Shown piece by piece: positions 44,880-58,559 of a stretch of 64,000 nt of DNA (positions are counted from its first letter, which is position 1; the number at the start of each line of letters is the position of its first letter). The stretch covers positions 376,278,001 through 376,342,000 of the forward strand of contig OZ024741.1 in the NCBI GenBank assembly GCA_964016885.1, given 5' to 3'. Source of the DNA: Eledone cirrhosa. Its lineage: Eukaryota. A model generated the notes under the pieces. It searched no databases, was not told the DNA's origin, and saw only the letters and a program-made list of their open reading frames with translations. The translations under genes and the position numbers were made by a program.

Positions 44880-47700
44880 CTTTTCTTTTTCTGCACATCT
44901 CTCACCTGCGCCATGTTGAAGTTGCTCCTCCAGCTCATCCTAACCATCATTGCCCTCTGTAAAGTTCTCTTGCATCCAACAACCAGGCGTCATCTTCACG
45001 TACATCCTTTAGTGTCATTGTTGGTACGCGACTCGTCTGAATACATCAGGTGTCCAAGTCCATTATGACGTTTCACATGTCCTACTAATGCGAGCTTATA
45101 ATATCAGAAAGGTGAGGGTGTGAACCGTAGAGCAATTTATTTGCTATGTGTGTTTCTCAGGAGATATTCTGGATCTTTCTTAGCATTCATGTGAATGTGC
45201 CTTACTCCTTTTTGTGGGCATTTTTTAATGTCACATCTATAGAGAAGAATGGAGTCAACTGTTGCTTTGAATAGCCTCAGATTCGTTGTTTTCTTAATCA
45301 GAGAGGCCACACATGCTCTGTGCTCATGAAACTGCCATGGTATATCATTTCATCTACTTCTTCAATTTCAGAACGATCTAGTGTATGCATTTGTTCATTT
45401 GATGTTGCATTGAGATGCATGAACTTTGATTTGTCAGTATCCAAGATGAATCCATTGGAGTGCGTTGCAGTATCCGTTCTCTGTAATAGGTTTTCAGCTT
45501 CTTTGCTGGTATTTTTCAGGAAACCTATGCCATCTGTGTAAGTCAATTCATGTAGAACATCCTCCGGACATTTCAGCGTTATCCTGTCAGATGGTACATT
45601 CACATTAGGCACTGCATAATCAATGAATATCAGAAACAAAAAGTGGTCAGAGGATCTTACTGGAAGATTCCGATATCAATGGAGAATAAAACTGAGTTTC
45701 CTTAGAATGTTATTATAAGTACTGAAGTATTCTCACACAAGACTTTAACTGCATTGACGATCAGATGAGGTGCCTCATGTACAAGAAGAAATTTGAGTAT
45801 CTTCTTTCGATCTATGGAATCAAATGCCCTCTTCAAATCTATAAATACAATTGCTTCCACCTTGTAATTCCGTACCTCCTAAACAATCTATCTTGGAACC
45901 AAGATGTTTGAGATAGTTGAGTGAAATGGCCGAAATCAATTTTGGCTGGAACATAGACTGTTGTCGATACTTGGTCTGAATGTATTTAGATTCATCCTAT
46001 TTTACGTGTTTGCTGCAATTTACGTAGGACTGGTGCCTTTAGAGGTGGTACAGATGGTGAGGTTACTTTTTTGGGTATTGGCACTATTCCTGCTATTGCC
46101 CATTCATCATGCCTGTGATCTTCAAATAATTCGATGCAGAAATCTCTTAGAAACAGGAAAACTTTGGGTAGTTTCAACAGGTCTAGAGTTAGGCCATCAA
46201 ACCTAGGAGCTTTGCATGGCTTCATTGCCTTTAGTGCAATGTCCACTACGTCTATAGAGAAATCTCTGATGCTTACCTCAGGATGGAATTCAAATACTGG
46301 ATTAATAGATATGTCTGGCTCACAATAATTGTCAGCTGATAGGAGTTTGTGCAAGAGCTCGCTCAATGCATCTTATTACCAGAAACTTCTTTACTCAGTC
46401 ACCAAGCTTCTCTGGATCTTTTGTTATTACTATTCTCAAAAAGCACACAGGTTTGGTTGGTTTTCAACGCTCCAGTTTGACGAAAGTATAGTGGTATATT
46501 TTCTGGTGTTGCTTACATCTGAAATCGTAGATGTGAGGATGTCGCTTCAAACTATAGCCATTGTTACACTTTCCACAATGGGTCTGGCACGACGGGGGGC
46601 GTCTTGGTAAGCGTTTCTTACCCACTTCATTCTAGACAGACGTAACTGAAGTATAATGTTTCTCTTCAGCCATAAAGAATTCGAATTTATAAGCAATTGA
46701 GCCATCATTTGTTCTTATATGGTTGAAATCGCCCCATGGCACACTTCAGTTAAGCTGCTTCTTATTGGATCACCTATTTGAGCGAAGGATGTGTTTAACT
46801 TTGGCTGTATGATGCTGTGATCTACAACCGCAGAGGAAGTATGTGACTCACTATCAAGAATGCTGTTTCGCCATCGTTTCCCGCAAATGATAAAATCAAT
46901 TTAAGAAAGATTCCCAGTTGGGTCCTCAAGAAAAAAGTTTCCATTTCGGTTTCTGGAAAATGGTATTCCCGGTTAGGAGATTATCTTTATGAAGAAACTC
47001 TTCAAGAAATATGCCGTTTCTGTTAGTATTTTGTGGTATGAAATTTGTGCCTCTAATTTGCGCGTTGAAATCTCCTCCAGTAATTAGCATGGCATATGGG
47101 GGTACTTGTGAAATAGTGTCACTCAGTTGATAGTAAATCTCTCCTACTTCCACGCCGCGCAGATGTTTGCAAAGTGAATAATCTACAACAAATTTTGAGA
47201 TTTCCCTTGAATACTGTTGAAAATATCTGGCCATTGAACTTAATTACATTTGTAAGTAGAGAAAGGAGATGTGTTTGTACTGTGAAACCAACTGCTCCAA
47301 TTGCAGCACTGATGGCACTTTTGGATTTGATGCAGTAAACAATGCTTTGACCGATGTAATAGGTGATTATGTCTGGATAATCTTCTTTGTGGATACATTG
47401 GTGTTCTTCAACAACTCACGGGAAAAGTAGGATGTGAGTGAGCGGCAGTTTAGAGAGCCGAAGGTGTATGATCTCTTTGGTCGAGATAGTTCCCTCTTAG
47501 TTCTGATATCGGAAGATGCTCTTCCAGGTAGATTTAGAACATCAACTTCATAGGTAGAGGTTGAGCTTTCTTCAGGACAATTCCTGGACAGAGAATCACG
47601 AACTTTAACATTAGAGCCGTTGTCTAAATCAATTATGTATTATTCTATTAGCGGTAATACTGAGATAACTTGCCACGACTTTCACAAGCGGGGTGCCTCT
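44880..47700 (-). mobile_element. Decayed near full-length RTE-clade LINE
   Basis: APE remnants (TFGSLNCR, GGDFNAQI, NRNG) and RT remnants (IVPIPKK, FIDLKRAFDSIDR, YTDGI); many disruptions. Confidence 0.7.
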
Positions 47701-48266
47701 ACCATTTATCTAACCATCTAAACATTCATCTATGTAAACAAGCGCTGAAAACTGAAACGACTGTTTATCACTGTTCACTTTTCAGCCCAAATCACCATAC
47801 CTGCTTCCCGGGTTGATCTTTGCGTAGGCCACTCGGGTGGCTGCCCACTACTATACCTTACCGAATGGCAACCTGTTTTGTGAAAAGAGCTATACTTTTG
47901 TATGTGTGTGTGTGTTTGTGTGTGTGTTGTTATACGTCCGTACAAAGCTAAGAAGAAATGTGTGTGTATATGTGAGTAAAAGAGTTTGTGTGCATGTAAG
48001 TACGAAGTTATGAGCAAAAGTATGTTAATATAAAAGTTTGTATGTGTTTATACAGAGCAGTGAAGTGAAAAGTGGAGTGAGCATATATAGTCAGCCGACC
48101 GCCACCTTCTCATTAATTTTCTACTTTGTTCCACCTATATCCCCGTCCTCGCGCAATCAACCATCGATTAATATATATATATTCTTGATAGTGAGCCACA
48201 TACTTCCTCTGCGGTTGTAGGAGTAGATCACAACATCATTACAGCCAAAGTTAAACACAACCTTCG

Positions 48267-48320
<54 letters not shown>

Positions 48321-48323
<3 letters not shown>

Positions 48324-48511
48324 ACAAGTATGACCCCGACGGCAGAGCTCAAGCCGTTTCGAATGCTAACTCAGTGCAGAATTAGCCGTCGAAACGTCTT
48401 GAGCTTTGCCGTCGGGGTCATACTTGTTCCTATTACCCACTCTACTACGCTAAGTATTAAGTACTTTGGTGCGTTACGGTCCATCTGGTTCCTTGCCACA
48501 TTTCCTTCGTT
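48321..48511 (+). mobile_element. Short fold-back element, family S
   Basis: Hairpin aacaagtatgaccccgacggc...gccgtcggggtcatacttgtt plus the shared tail, in (TA)n. Confidence 0.75.
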
Positions 48512-48540
48512 ATATATATATATAAATATATTTATATATA

Positions 48541-51500
48541 GATATGTTTCTTTTATTTGCCACCAGGGCATCAAAAGTGGGACAAGTACAATGGGGGGAG
48601 TTTATAAAACAAGGCGTCCTCAATAAGGAGGAGGCAATAACAATATATAAAAATAAAATAAAATATAACAAAAAATAAAATTTATAACAAAGTCCTCAAT
48701 AGAGAGGAGGCGCCTTGGGGGGTCGCACACACCCCCGAAAAAAGTGTGCAACCCTTCTCCTCAGGAGCACAGAGAAGGGGTGCTCCCTTGGTCTTTCATC
48801 TTCCTCACCTATAGTCTGATGTAGAGTGAAGGCCCATTCACACGGGCCATTCTCGCCACTTTCACCCATCTTTCATAGAAACGGCTGGGGTGCAGCACCT
48901 CTCTCTCCATCCTGATCCTTCTTCCGAAATGATATCGGAAGAAACGGACCAGTTGTTGGCCAGAGAGAAAGGTGTCTGACCTCAGTCCTTTCAGACGCGT
49001 CCACCATACAACCTCTTTCGCCATGGCTATTATGCACAGAAACACCGCCTCTCCTTCGTTTTTGAAGAGGGGAGGCGGCTTGATCGTTACAATAGACTCG
49101 GTGGTCAACCGGATCGGTCCCACCCTTGACAGCAGTTGTTCGACATAGCCCCACAGATCGGCAATGCCCGAGCAGTGTACCAATGCGTGTGCAACGGTTT
49201 CCTCGTCGCACACGCATCTGGGACAGACCTTTTTCGATGGGTCCCTACCCGGGCGCCCGTGTCTGTAGAGCCTTTCTCGAACGGGCAGAGCCCTTCTGTA
49301 GCATTGCCAGGCCAGGGACCTCTGGAAGTTATCCATGGGTCCCGGGCTGAATGTCCTACCGAACAGGTTGGCCAGTTCGTCTTCCTCCATGCCTAGGGCT
49401 TCTCCGAGGGCGTCGTCGCACCTGCTAACCACCAGCCCTCTATAGAATGACGAGGTGGATTCTCCACTGACAGCCGGGTCCGCCTGCCAGAGAGCCGTGA
49501 GCGCCTGGGCACACTCGGTGTGCCAGGCGCCCAGTTTTCTCGGTCTTTGCTTGACCCAGGATTGCAGCTCGGTGAGTGAGACGAGTCTGGGAAAGGCTCG
49601 CCTCACAAACGGGGCCCACACCGGTTGACCGGAGAGGAATACCTGAAGGTGCCGTAGCCTTAATGCGTGTTTACGTATCATCAGCCACGGCATCCCCAGC
49701 CCTCCTTTCGAAGGGTGTTGACAGTAGATGGATCTCCTCACCATAGGAGCCCGCTTCTTCCAAAGGAATTGGAAGAGTGCGCGCTCCATTTTGGCCAGCG
49801 TTTCCCTTGGGCAAGGCACCACGGTCAGGCGGTAGTAGATGATGGACGCTATATAAGTGTTCGCCACCTCCGCCCGACCTTTCAGGGACAGTTTGCACTC
49901 GGCCCACTTCTGGGTCAGTGCAAACACCCTGCTCGTCACCTCACCCCAGTTCTTCTCCACCTGGAGGTCTGGTCCGAACCAGACCCCGAGCAATTTCACC
50001 GGACCCTCCGTCCAGCGCCCGACGACGCCATCGGAGGGCATCGATCTGCCCCTCCACGTGCCGAGTTGCAGACCGATCGACTTGTCCCGGTTCAGCTTAG
50101 TCCCTATAAACCTTTCGTACTCCTCCAGTAAGGTGCCGATCGCCCCGATTTCCGAGGCCGTCGACACCATTACTGTTACGTCATCGGCGTAGGTTGACAC
50201 CGCTTTCCGCAATCCCGGTTCCAACGGGATGCCCTGCAACAACTCCAACTTCCGCAGCAGTGGCTCTAGAGCCACTACATACAGAAGGGAGGAGAGAGGG
50301 CACCCCTGTCGGATGGACCGCGCGATTTCGAACGGCTCCGAGAGGTAGCCGTTCACCTTGACCCTAGAGCAGATGCGGCTGCTGTGCATGGCATTGATCC
50401 AGCCCCTGAAAACGGGTCCGAAGCCTGCCGCCGCTAGCACCGCATCCAGGTAACCATGGTCGACCCTATCGAATGCCTTAGATTGATCCAAGTTGATCAG
50501 GGCCCCACCAAAGCCGGGTTCGTTCCCAACCCTCTCTATGATGTATCGCATGAGGTGGAGGTTATCGTGGATGGACCTGGACGGGATAGCACATGTCTGC
50601 GAATCTCCCACCAGGTTGCCCACGACAAGCGCCAACCTCTTTGCTAGCACCTTGGCCAAAATCTGTAACTCTGTATTTAGCAGAGTTATGGGCCTGAAAT
50701 TATTTATATCGTCCCCCTTGTTCTCGTCTTTCCTCACTAGCGTGACTACGCCCTTGGTCACAGCACAGGGAATTCTCCCGTACTGTCGCCAGTTGCAGTA
50801 GACCGCCTCGAGGAGTTCGGGGAACAAGTCCGGCATAGCTAGATATAGTTCGTATGGAAGACCATCGAGACCCGGGGATTTGCGTTTGCCGCATTGGCTC
50901 AGCACGTCCTCTATCTCAGCGGCTGAAATCGGCTCCTCGCAGGACTTCGCCTCCCTGTCCGAGAGACACGGCAGGCCGTCGAGGTATGGACCGAAGTCCA
51001 AGTCCCCAACCGGCCCCCCGCCCCTTCCGAACAATTCGGCAAAGTGCTTTTGAAAAGCCTCGCACATCTGCTTAGGTTCAAGGATCACCCGTCCATCCTG
51101 GTGTCGCAAAGACCGGATAGTGGATCTGCTCCCTCTTTTGGCTTCTGTCACGCGGGCCCAGCTAACAGCTTTGGTCCCCTCGTTTCCCAGAGCACGTATT
51201 TTGCTTCGGACGATGCAGCCTTCGTGTTTCGCGTCGAAGAACTGGCCCAGGGCCGTTCTCGACGCTAGCACTCTGGCCACGTCGCCGCTTCTAATTGCCT
51301 CTTCTACACTATCTACCAACTCCCTTTCCTTCCTATTTCTATTGGAGGCTAACTCCTTACTAAATTCTATAGAGACTACTCTAATCTCTCTTTTGAGAGA
51401 TCCCCACCATCTGCTGTTGACGATGGCGCCCGTCAACCGCTCCTTAACTAAAGTGCTAATCCGGTTCCTGTAAGCCTTACTTGCCGGTAAGGACAAGTTG

Positions 51501-52625
51501 AGCTTCCAGTAACCGGGTCCCTGTCTATGAGTTCTGTCAAGGTTGACCATGCAGGTCACTAATTTGTGGTCTGAATAGCCAACCATGCGCATTTTTGGAC
51601 AACTTAAAAAGTCCTTATCCTTAATTCTAACTAAGAACCTATCTAGGTACGACCTAGATGTTCCGCTACGATTTGCCCAAGTCCAGGTTGGCGCAGTCGG
51701 AAAATCTAGTCGATATCTATCGGCCAGGTCAAATCGACCGATTAACCCTTTGAGGCTATTACACCCCTCTCTATCGGGACAGGCCCCTACGTAGTCCCAG
51801 CGTGCATCTAGGATACCATTCCAGTCCCCCACTAATAGCAAGGAGCGGGACGTCCCTAGAAAAGTCTCCAGACGATGGAAGAAGTCCGGCCGCATTGACC
51901 CGAAAGGGCCGTAGGCGGCTACCAACCTAAACGCTCCGCCTTTACCACTGCCAAGATCCAGAACCACTAGTCGACCCTCCGGGTCCAAATGTACCATCTG
52001 TGTTGCGAGACCCAGATGTTTTTGCAGCAGAACGACAACTCCACCCCCACCTCCGGGTTGACAGAGAGATGCGTGCATCTCAAAGTCATCAAAGGTGGGG
52101 GCCAGCTGTCGCACGTTGCTGATCCGGGCCTCGCAAATAACCATCACATCTATACGTTGTGACCTGAGGTCATTTAGAAGCATTGCTTGCTTCCAAGTTG
52201 AGCCCAGGCCACGCGCATTTAAACAGCCTACTCTTAGCATAGCCATGTTGGTGGTGAAGAGAAAAGGCACTTACCTCTCTGCGTCCCGGGTATCGGGCTG
52301 CACAATTTCCATTAGGGTGGGGGATGGGTTGTTCGGTGGGGTGGTGGTTTGTGGAAGTGTAGGGGCATCAGTGTGTTGTGTGGTTGGGGAGCTTGGAGTT
52401 GTGTGGGTGTTTGGGGAGGGGGTGGGATAGTTTTTTAGGAGGACGCGGTTAATGGGCCCGACGCAGGGGGGACCCACGTCCTCTTTAAAATTGTTTTTTA
52501 AAGTTTTATAGGTGTCCTGTGGGGCCATAATCATTTTGAGGTGGGGGAAATCCCCTGCCTGGGTGAAGTTAGGCCCTTGTGTTTTTAAGATAGATATATT
52601 CCTATTTCTATTTCTAACACCAGAA
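48541..52625 (-). mobile_element. Tx1/L1-clade LINE family B, 5'-truncated within ORF1
   Basis: ORF1 C-terminus 52271-52620, intact ORF2, ~270-bp 3' UTR ending aaataaaagaaacatatc at (TA)n. Confidence 0.9.
48809..52246 (-). CDS. LINE ORF2: AP endonuclease, reverse transcriptase and C-terminal zinc finger
   Basis: Uninterrupted ORF (1153 aa from the GTG at 52270; likely start ATG at 52246). Motifs LNARGL, VGDWN, SDH, PGLDG, KAFD, QGCPLS, YADD, CPRC..H..C. Confidence 0.9.
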   Translation of the reverse strand: MAMLRVGCLNARGLGSTWKQAMLLNDLRSQRIDVMVICEARISNVRQLAPTFDDFEMHASLCQPGGGGGVVVLLQKHLGLATQMVHLDPEGRLVVLDLGSGKGGAFRLVAAYGPFGSMRPDFFHRLETFLGTSRSLLLVGDWNGILDARWDYVGACPDREGCNSLKGLIGRFDLADRYRLDFPTAPTWTWANRSGTSRSYLDRFLVRIKDKDFLSCPKMRMVGYSDHKLVTCMVNLDRTHRQGPGYWKLNLSLPASKAYRNRISTLVKERLTGAIVNSRWWGSLKREIRVVSIEFSKELASNRNRKERELVDSVEEAIRSGDVARVLASRTALGQFFDAKHEGCIVRSKIRALGNEGTKAVSWARVTEAKRGSRSTIRSLRHQDGRVILEPKQMCEAFQKHFAELFGRGGGPVGDLDFGPYLDGLPCLSDREAKSCEEPISAAEIEDVLSQCGKRKSPGLDGLPYELYLAMPDLFPELLEAVYCNWRQYGRIPCAVTKGVVTLVRKDENKGDDINNFRPITLLNTELQILAKVLAKRLALVVGNLVGDSQTCAIPSRSIHDNLHLMRYIIERVGNEPGFGGALINLDQSKAFDRVDHGYLDAVLAAAGFGPVFRGWINAMHSSRICSRVKVNGYLSEPFEIARSIRQGCPLSSLLYVVALEPLLRKLELLQGIPLEPGLRKAVSTYADDVTVMVSTASEIGAIGTLLEEYERFIGTKLNRDKSIGLQLGTWRGRSMPSDGVVGRWTEGPVKLLGVWFGPDLQVEKNWGEVTSRVFALTQKWAECKLSLKGRAEVANTYIASIIYYRLTVVPCPRETLAKMERALFQFLWKKRAPMVRRSIYCQHPSKGGLGMPWLMIRKHALRLRHLQVFLSGQPVWAPFVRRAFPRLVSLTELQSWVKQRPRKLGAWHTECAQALTALWQADPAVSGESTSSFYRGLVVSRCDDALGEALGMEEDELANLFGRTFSPGPMDNFQRSLAWQCYRRALPVRERLYRHGRPGRDPSKKVCPRCVCDEETVAHALVHCSGIADLWGYVEQLLSRVGPIRLTTESIVTIKPPPLFKNEGEAVFLCIIAMAKEVVWWTRLKGLRSDTFLSGQQLVRFFRYHFGRRIRMEREVLHPSRFYERWVKVARMARVNGPSLYIRL

Positions 52626-54689
52626 AATATCACAATATTTAACTGTTATTGCTTCCCTACATCGTAAAAGTCACTAACTACCAAACCATACGCATCAGCC
52701 ATTACAAATATTGTATTATTTCTGTTGTCTTTGAAAGCAACATGGCATATCGCCAAAATAAAGATTTCCATTAGACAATTAAATAATCCGTTAGTCCAAT
52801 TCAGATGATGAGCCATCGCAAATATTGAATATACGGGAAATTAGATGAACTTTTACATGTTTAAGTCGAGGATGCTGTTGTAAAAACATATCCAGCTGAC
52901 TGATACTTACAAACATAAACGAGCCATAGCATGTTTCCTTTCTCTGACTCACCGCTACTGGAACTCAATATCTTCCGCTAAACAACATGGTGAATGTACC
53001 TGCTTCTTAACTCATGATATGTTCTCTGTTCTATCCTACTTTCCAAAGCAATACAAAACCATTAGGTAAGTAACTTGCTTATTCCTGTGCTAATTATTAT
53101 TCTACTACGAACATTATCTTATTTATTAGTTGCGCCCAATGCTTTTCTAATCAATTACCCAGTTTATTCAAATTTTCACATTTTCGAAATGTTTGTTTCC
53201 TGAAGCGCAAATACCTTCAATTCTAGCATTGCATATCCACAGGTTTCTTAGAACTGCTGCTTAGTAAGCGATACGACAGATGTTGAAGATGTAATTCAGC
53301 ATAATTACATTCATCAGTCAATATTATGTGGGCAGCAGTAATTCTCTGATAAACAAACAATTTCTAATATCGCAACAACCCAGCCATTTGGAGAGTGAAT
53401 GTAATATCCATTGAATTATTTTATAGACCCACAGTGTATGAAAAGCAAATTCAACCGTGGTGTAAACTGTCCTCAGAAGTTAACGGGAAATAAATAACAC
53501 TACAAGTTATTGTCATCATTTAACAGATTCTTCCTTTATATTTCATTTTTTACGACTAGAAAATGTTAATCATTTCTGTAAAAGTTTACGCCATTCTATG
53601 GTTGGTATAATCGATTAAAGTGACTGCAACAATCGTCTAGTAGTCATTTTATCGACCTCGACCTGATGAGAATTCAAACGTAAACGTGCGTAACTAAATA
53701 TTTCTAAGCTAATCCGTCACTCAACAGGTTTTGTCACACACTACTTGTTAACTACATTTACTTACATTTCATTTTATATTGTAATTTGCAAACAGTAAAG
53801 TCATTGGTTACAGATTTTCAACAAGACAGTCCTTGGTTCACTGCATTTCTGACGTAGCGTGTGACAAGAGCGTATCACTCAATGTTCGGTTACTTGCCGA
53901 TGCTGGTATACTTCGAAGAAAGTTATAGACAACACAGACACACACGACACTTCCCCAACACATAGATACGTATCTATGTATTATATAAAAGAGACGATTG
54001 TCTTCACATTTAACTTTCTTATAACATGTGTTCGTTATCTTCATAATCGTTCTTTATATTTAGTTTGAACAATAAAGTTTCGAAACCATATCAATGCTAG
54101 ATTGTATGTTATGGCTATTGGGAAATGTTAACTTCAATTGACTTTATCTATTTGTAGGAAATTGAAATGAAAAGCCTTTGTGTTATATGCATCCCATGGC
54201 GGTGTAATGAATTATATAATAGAATAAATATTTATGCACTGCATATATTATAGAAATTAGGGTGTATAATTAAGTGCAATTTGTATAAAATCTATGGCGG
54301 AATAATAAAGATTAAGTCTTCGGATAAATAGCCAATTACATTCGAAACATATCGGCAAGATCTTATATCTTGATATCTTGTGACCGAAGACAATAACCTT
54401 TTCTTTTCACATCTACGCACGTTTTCACGGCGAGGCTTATAAAATAAAGTTATACGCACAAAAGCCTATCCATACTGTGCATAAATATATATCATGTAGT
54501 AAATTACTTTGCAAGCAAGTGCTATGCTCAAAATCGGAATTGGAAATTATTCGTTGAGGCCGCATGCATTTTATTAAGAAAAAGGTTTGTTAAATTGAGG
54601 AGTTATTTATTTCCATCAACAATTTTTCTGCTAGGCTTTTGCTATAGAAATACTGGAACCCCTTTCCATAATTTAATTGTAAATAGTAT

Positions 54690-55205
54690 TTTCTTTCACC
54701 CCGGACGCGGCACCGCCGACCAAATATTCACACTGCGGCAGGTCTTCTAGAAATCCTGAGAGTATTGCCACAGGTATATTCTTGTTTTGTAGATTTTGCA
54801 AAGGCATATGACCGCGGTCCTCGGGGACCTGCTGCGGATCGATGGTCAGCTTCTTGCTGCCCTGCTCCGCCTATACGAGTGCCCGAGTATTTGTCTTCGG
54901 GTAATTGGTGCTAAATTGAAACCATTCAACATGAGAGTCTTACTCCACCGGGGGTGCCTACTGTCCTCTCTCCTGTTCATTATTCTCATGAACAGGATTG
55001 ACATGCGCATCTGGGTTGGAAGTGGTTGGAGTGGCGGGTGTAAAATATTCGGCTGGAATTTACAGACGATATGGCGTTACTTAAATCGACAGAAAATGAT
55101 ATCCGACGTACCCTTGGTAGGTCTGCTACTGAGTGCTGCATGGCTAGAATGAAAATGAATACTGTGAAAACGGAGACACTCATCCTCTCAAGGCAGCCAG
55201 CACAG
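54690..55205 (+). mobile_element. Decayed RTE RT fragment followed by a SINE 3' remnant
   Basis: FHPGRGTADQIFTLRQV...CFVDFAKAYDR, GCLLSSLLFII. Confidence 0.7.
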
Positions 55206-56939
55206 GATAAAATATAGTACCAGTAACGCCCTTGGATCAATGTAATCGACTTTCCGCTTCACTCAACGTCGTTGGCTTGGTGCCTAAATCAGAAACGATT
55301 ATTTTATTCACGCTGAGAACCCGAATTGTATTAATGCTCAGGGATCGGTTCAACAAATATTTATGGAAAAATGTGTTCGTTCTATTGGTGAGATATTTAT
55401 TTTTACAACCAATACAACAATTTTGTTTTATATTTAGTCATAAATTGTATTCTATAGATATTTTATGAAAGGTGTGTCAATTGTATAGATTATCGGCTCG
55501 TGAAAGGCTGTATTTGAATTGTGGATATCTCGGCTATTTTCGTTATATTACGGTTTTACCTTCTGGCATTAACACCACAAACAATTTTAGTTGTTTTTCA
55601 CATACGGCCCATTTTGTTGTCCACTGAAAGCAACGAAATGACCTGCACTGTCGGAGTAAATATGTATAAATGTCAGTTTATAAAAGAATACGATCATATC
55701 CAGAGAAAATTAATGGATTTAAGAGATTTAGTGGGTTAAATGTTCATTGTGACAGAGGTATACGAAAAGAAAAATGAATGGTGTTTTTTATCAGCACAAT
55801 AGTTTCCGTGGTGGGCGTTCCGTTCAACAGAACTGCCTCTTAGCTTATTATTCAACCCGTTTTAAGTCTTTCTCTCCCTTCATCCGTATGTATAATACGC
55901 AACGTTTGAACTGATAAGAGACCAGTAAACACCAGCATGAATATTATTCATTTTTGATGAGGATATTGACAGAGTTTTGCACAAAGAATTATCATTGTTA
56001 TATTTGTGACTATATTAGTTTCACGATTAGCATATGTATGCTTTACTTTGCGTTTCATTTACAATTTAAATTTCAATGATTATGTTTGATCTAAAGCCCA
56101 GGCTTCAGTTGATAATATTTAAGCATATTTATTTATATTTCAGTTTAGCTTTCCAATATGACAGACATGTATAACAATCCATAGTTTATTTTTTTACTGG
56201 AAATTCTTTTGTCCGGTGCTGTAACATGGTGTATATGTGCAGAAACGTACGACCACATAAATTACAATCGTATGCCAAAAGGGACTATCCGGAATATATA
56301 TGTAACCATATAAATAACTTTTCCGAATTGTCAAGTGTATTTGGCTAAGGTCACCTGTATTAATCACATTTCTCGTGATTTGAACTGATACATATTTTGT
56401 CTTAGTGAAATATGTATATATTCATATATACATACAACACACAGTCATGCACACACATATATATACATAGTCATGAATGTATATATGTGTATGTATGCAT
56501 ATATGTATGTACGTATGTGTGTATGTGTGCGTGTGTGTATGTGTGTGATTGTGAGTGTGCGTGTTTCTTTAACTTCCAACTGTGTGTTTAGTCAGTCCCC
56601 TCATATATATAATTAATTTATTGGTTTAAAATTAAAATGTGTTCATCCTTATTTGGAAATTTTCCAGGGATTTCTGCGAAGAATTATCTTAATTATATTT
56701 GCAATGAATTTATTTATGAAGCCAATAGACCAGTTCCTTTCTGTATTTCAATTCCTAATTACATCTATAATGCCAATATATGAATGTAAAGCCATTTAAT
56801 GCATATATTGGAATTCTTGATATTTTATTCTTCTCTTTCAATATATTTCAATTTTATTTCGGCTTTCATGTATTTCCAACACTGAAAAGCATTTTTTTTT
56901 TATTATTTCATTATTCTTTATTTTTTTTATAAATGTTTC

Positions 56940-57420
56940 ACCCATACTTCAATGATCTTAGCAATCGTATACGTTCGGTCATAGTCTATCGAGTAACGTG
57001 CCCTAAAGACCTTTCTTAGGAACTTCATTTCGGCTGCTCGTATGTATTCACGATCGCATCCTGACAGCCATCACCTAAAATTGATGGCCATAGTTAAGGG
57101 CTGGCATGGATACCGAATTGAAGATAGTGAGTTTAGCTTTTTGCACCTACTTCCCTTCTGTATAGAATAATGAAGTTGGTACATCACTGAACTAGCTCCG
57201 TCAATTCTTACACATATTTCAGCCTCCTGCCATCCATCACTCATGGACACTACCTCGAGATACATGGACTTCTCCACTTGCTTCAGTGAAATTCGACTCA
57301 TATGTAGAGTCCACTGCGAAGTCCTCATTGAGAGGAAGAGTGTCTCAGTCTTCTCAGCACGGATTTTCATTCCTGCCGTACAGCACGTGGCGGCAAACCT
57401 ATCAAGTATATCGAAGATAA
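56940..57420 (-). mobile_element. Decayed RTE RT fragment
   Basis: LDRFAATC..GMKI..EKTE...LKQVEK..YL. Confidence 0.65.
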
Positions 57421-57796
57421 CATTCTGACGAGTTAAGTAATACCATGTCGTTTGAGGTACCGATTGATGGTAAACGAACAAAATATGTTCAAAGAAAAAT
57501 AATAAATGACACTGAGACAGTAGCTTATGATGTTTAACTTGCTACATTGGAAATATGCTACATTGGAAATATATAATACCAAATATAAATTTTATTGGAT
57601 AATCTTGTTTTTTTAAGAATGTTTCCACTCCGGGTGAACAAATGTTGGATGTTAAAACAAATCAATGCATGAATACATAAAACCAGAAATATTCTTTCCG
57701 GAACGATATCCCGAAAAGATGTTACAGATAAGACTGTCATAACAATTCCTTTGATATGTATATCTGTGAGAATCTGTATTTATATGAGTTCATACA

Positions 57797-57901
<105 letters not shown>

Positions 57902-57989
57902 TATATATATATAAATATATTTATGTGTGTGTGTGTGTGTGTATGTGTGTGTTTATATGTTTTCTGGTTTATTATTTTATATAGTTTCA

Positions 57990-58178
57990 GTGGATTGGCA
58001 GTAGAATCATTAGAGAATCGGACCACATTCTTTGCAGTATAGTTCAAATCCCGCCGAGGATAGCTTACCTTTCATCTTTATGTGGTCGATAAAAATGTAC
58101 CAGTAATTCACTGTAATCGATTTAATCTACCCATCCCTCTCCTCAAAATATATTGGCCTTGTGTCTAAATCAGAAACA
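57990..58178 (+). mobile_element. tRNA-derived SINE (internally deleted)
   Basis: gtggattggcag...gttcaaatcccgccgagg...gtcgataaa...ggccttgtg...gaaaca. Confidence 0.7.
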
Positions 58179-58559
58179 GACATATTATACAGTTTCGCAA
58201 ATAGAGCCGTTTTCTAGCATAGAAAGAAATCTTTCATTGAAATGTCTGATGTGTTTCTGTGGATGTGTGTACACATACATAGAGATTATTGCATGTGTGG
58301 ATATGTAAGTTTTGTGATATATGTGAATAGCTGAATATGTTTCTGAGTCTATACATGCGTATATGTCGTTATTACATGTTGAATGTATGTCGTGTTTTAC
58401 ATATGCTTACATATTTTTACAGTTATACTTTGGTTGTACTTGAAACTTCCTAATCAGCCGTGCTCTTAGTGATTCTGTAAAGCTTATGTTTCAAGATTTG
58501 TATAGATGTAGTTAGTCGCAATGACAAGAATAAATCTAAAAGCTTAGTCAGTCGTCAGT

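Noticed and set aside
49126-52430. Plus-strand and alternate-frame ORFs over the LINEs
   Set aside because: Shadow ORFs of GC-rich ORF2.
53060-53075. Isolated splice-donor matches (here, and at 37473 on the minus strand) as host exons
   Set aside because: No supporting ORF homology or acceptor; RNA-seq would be needed.
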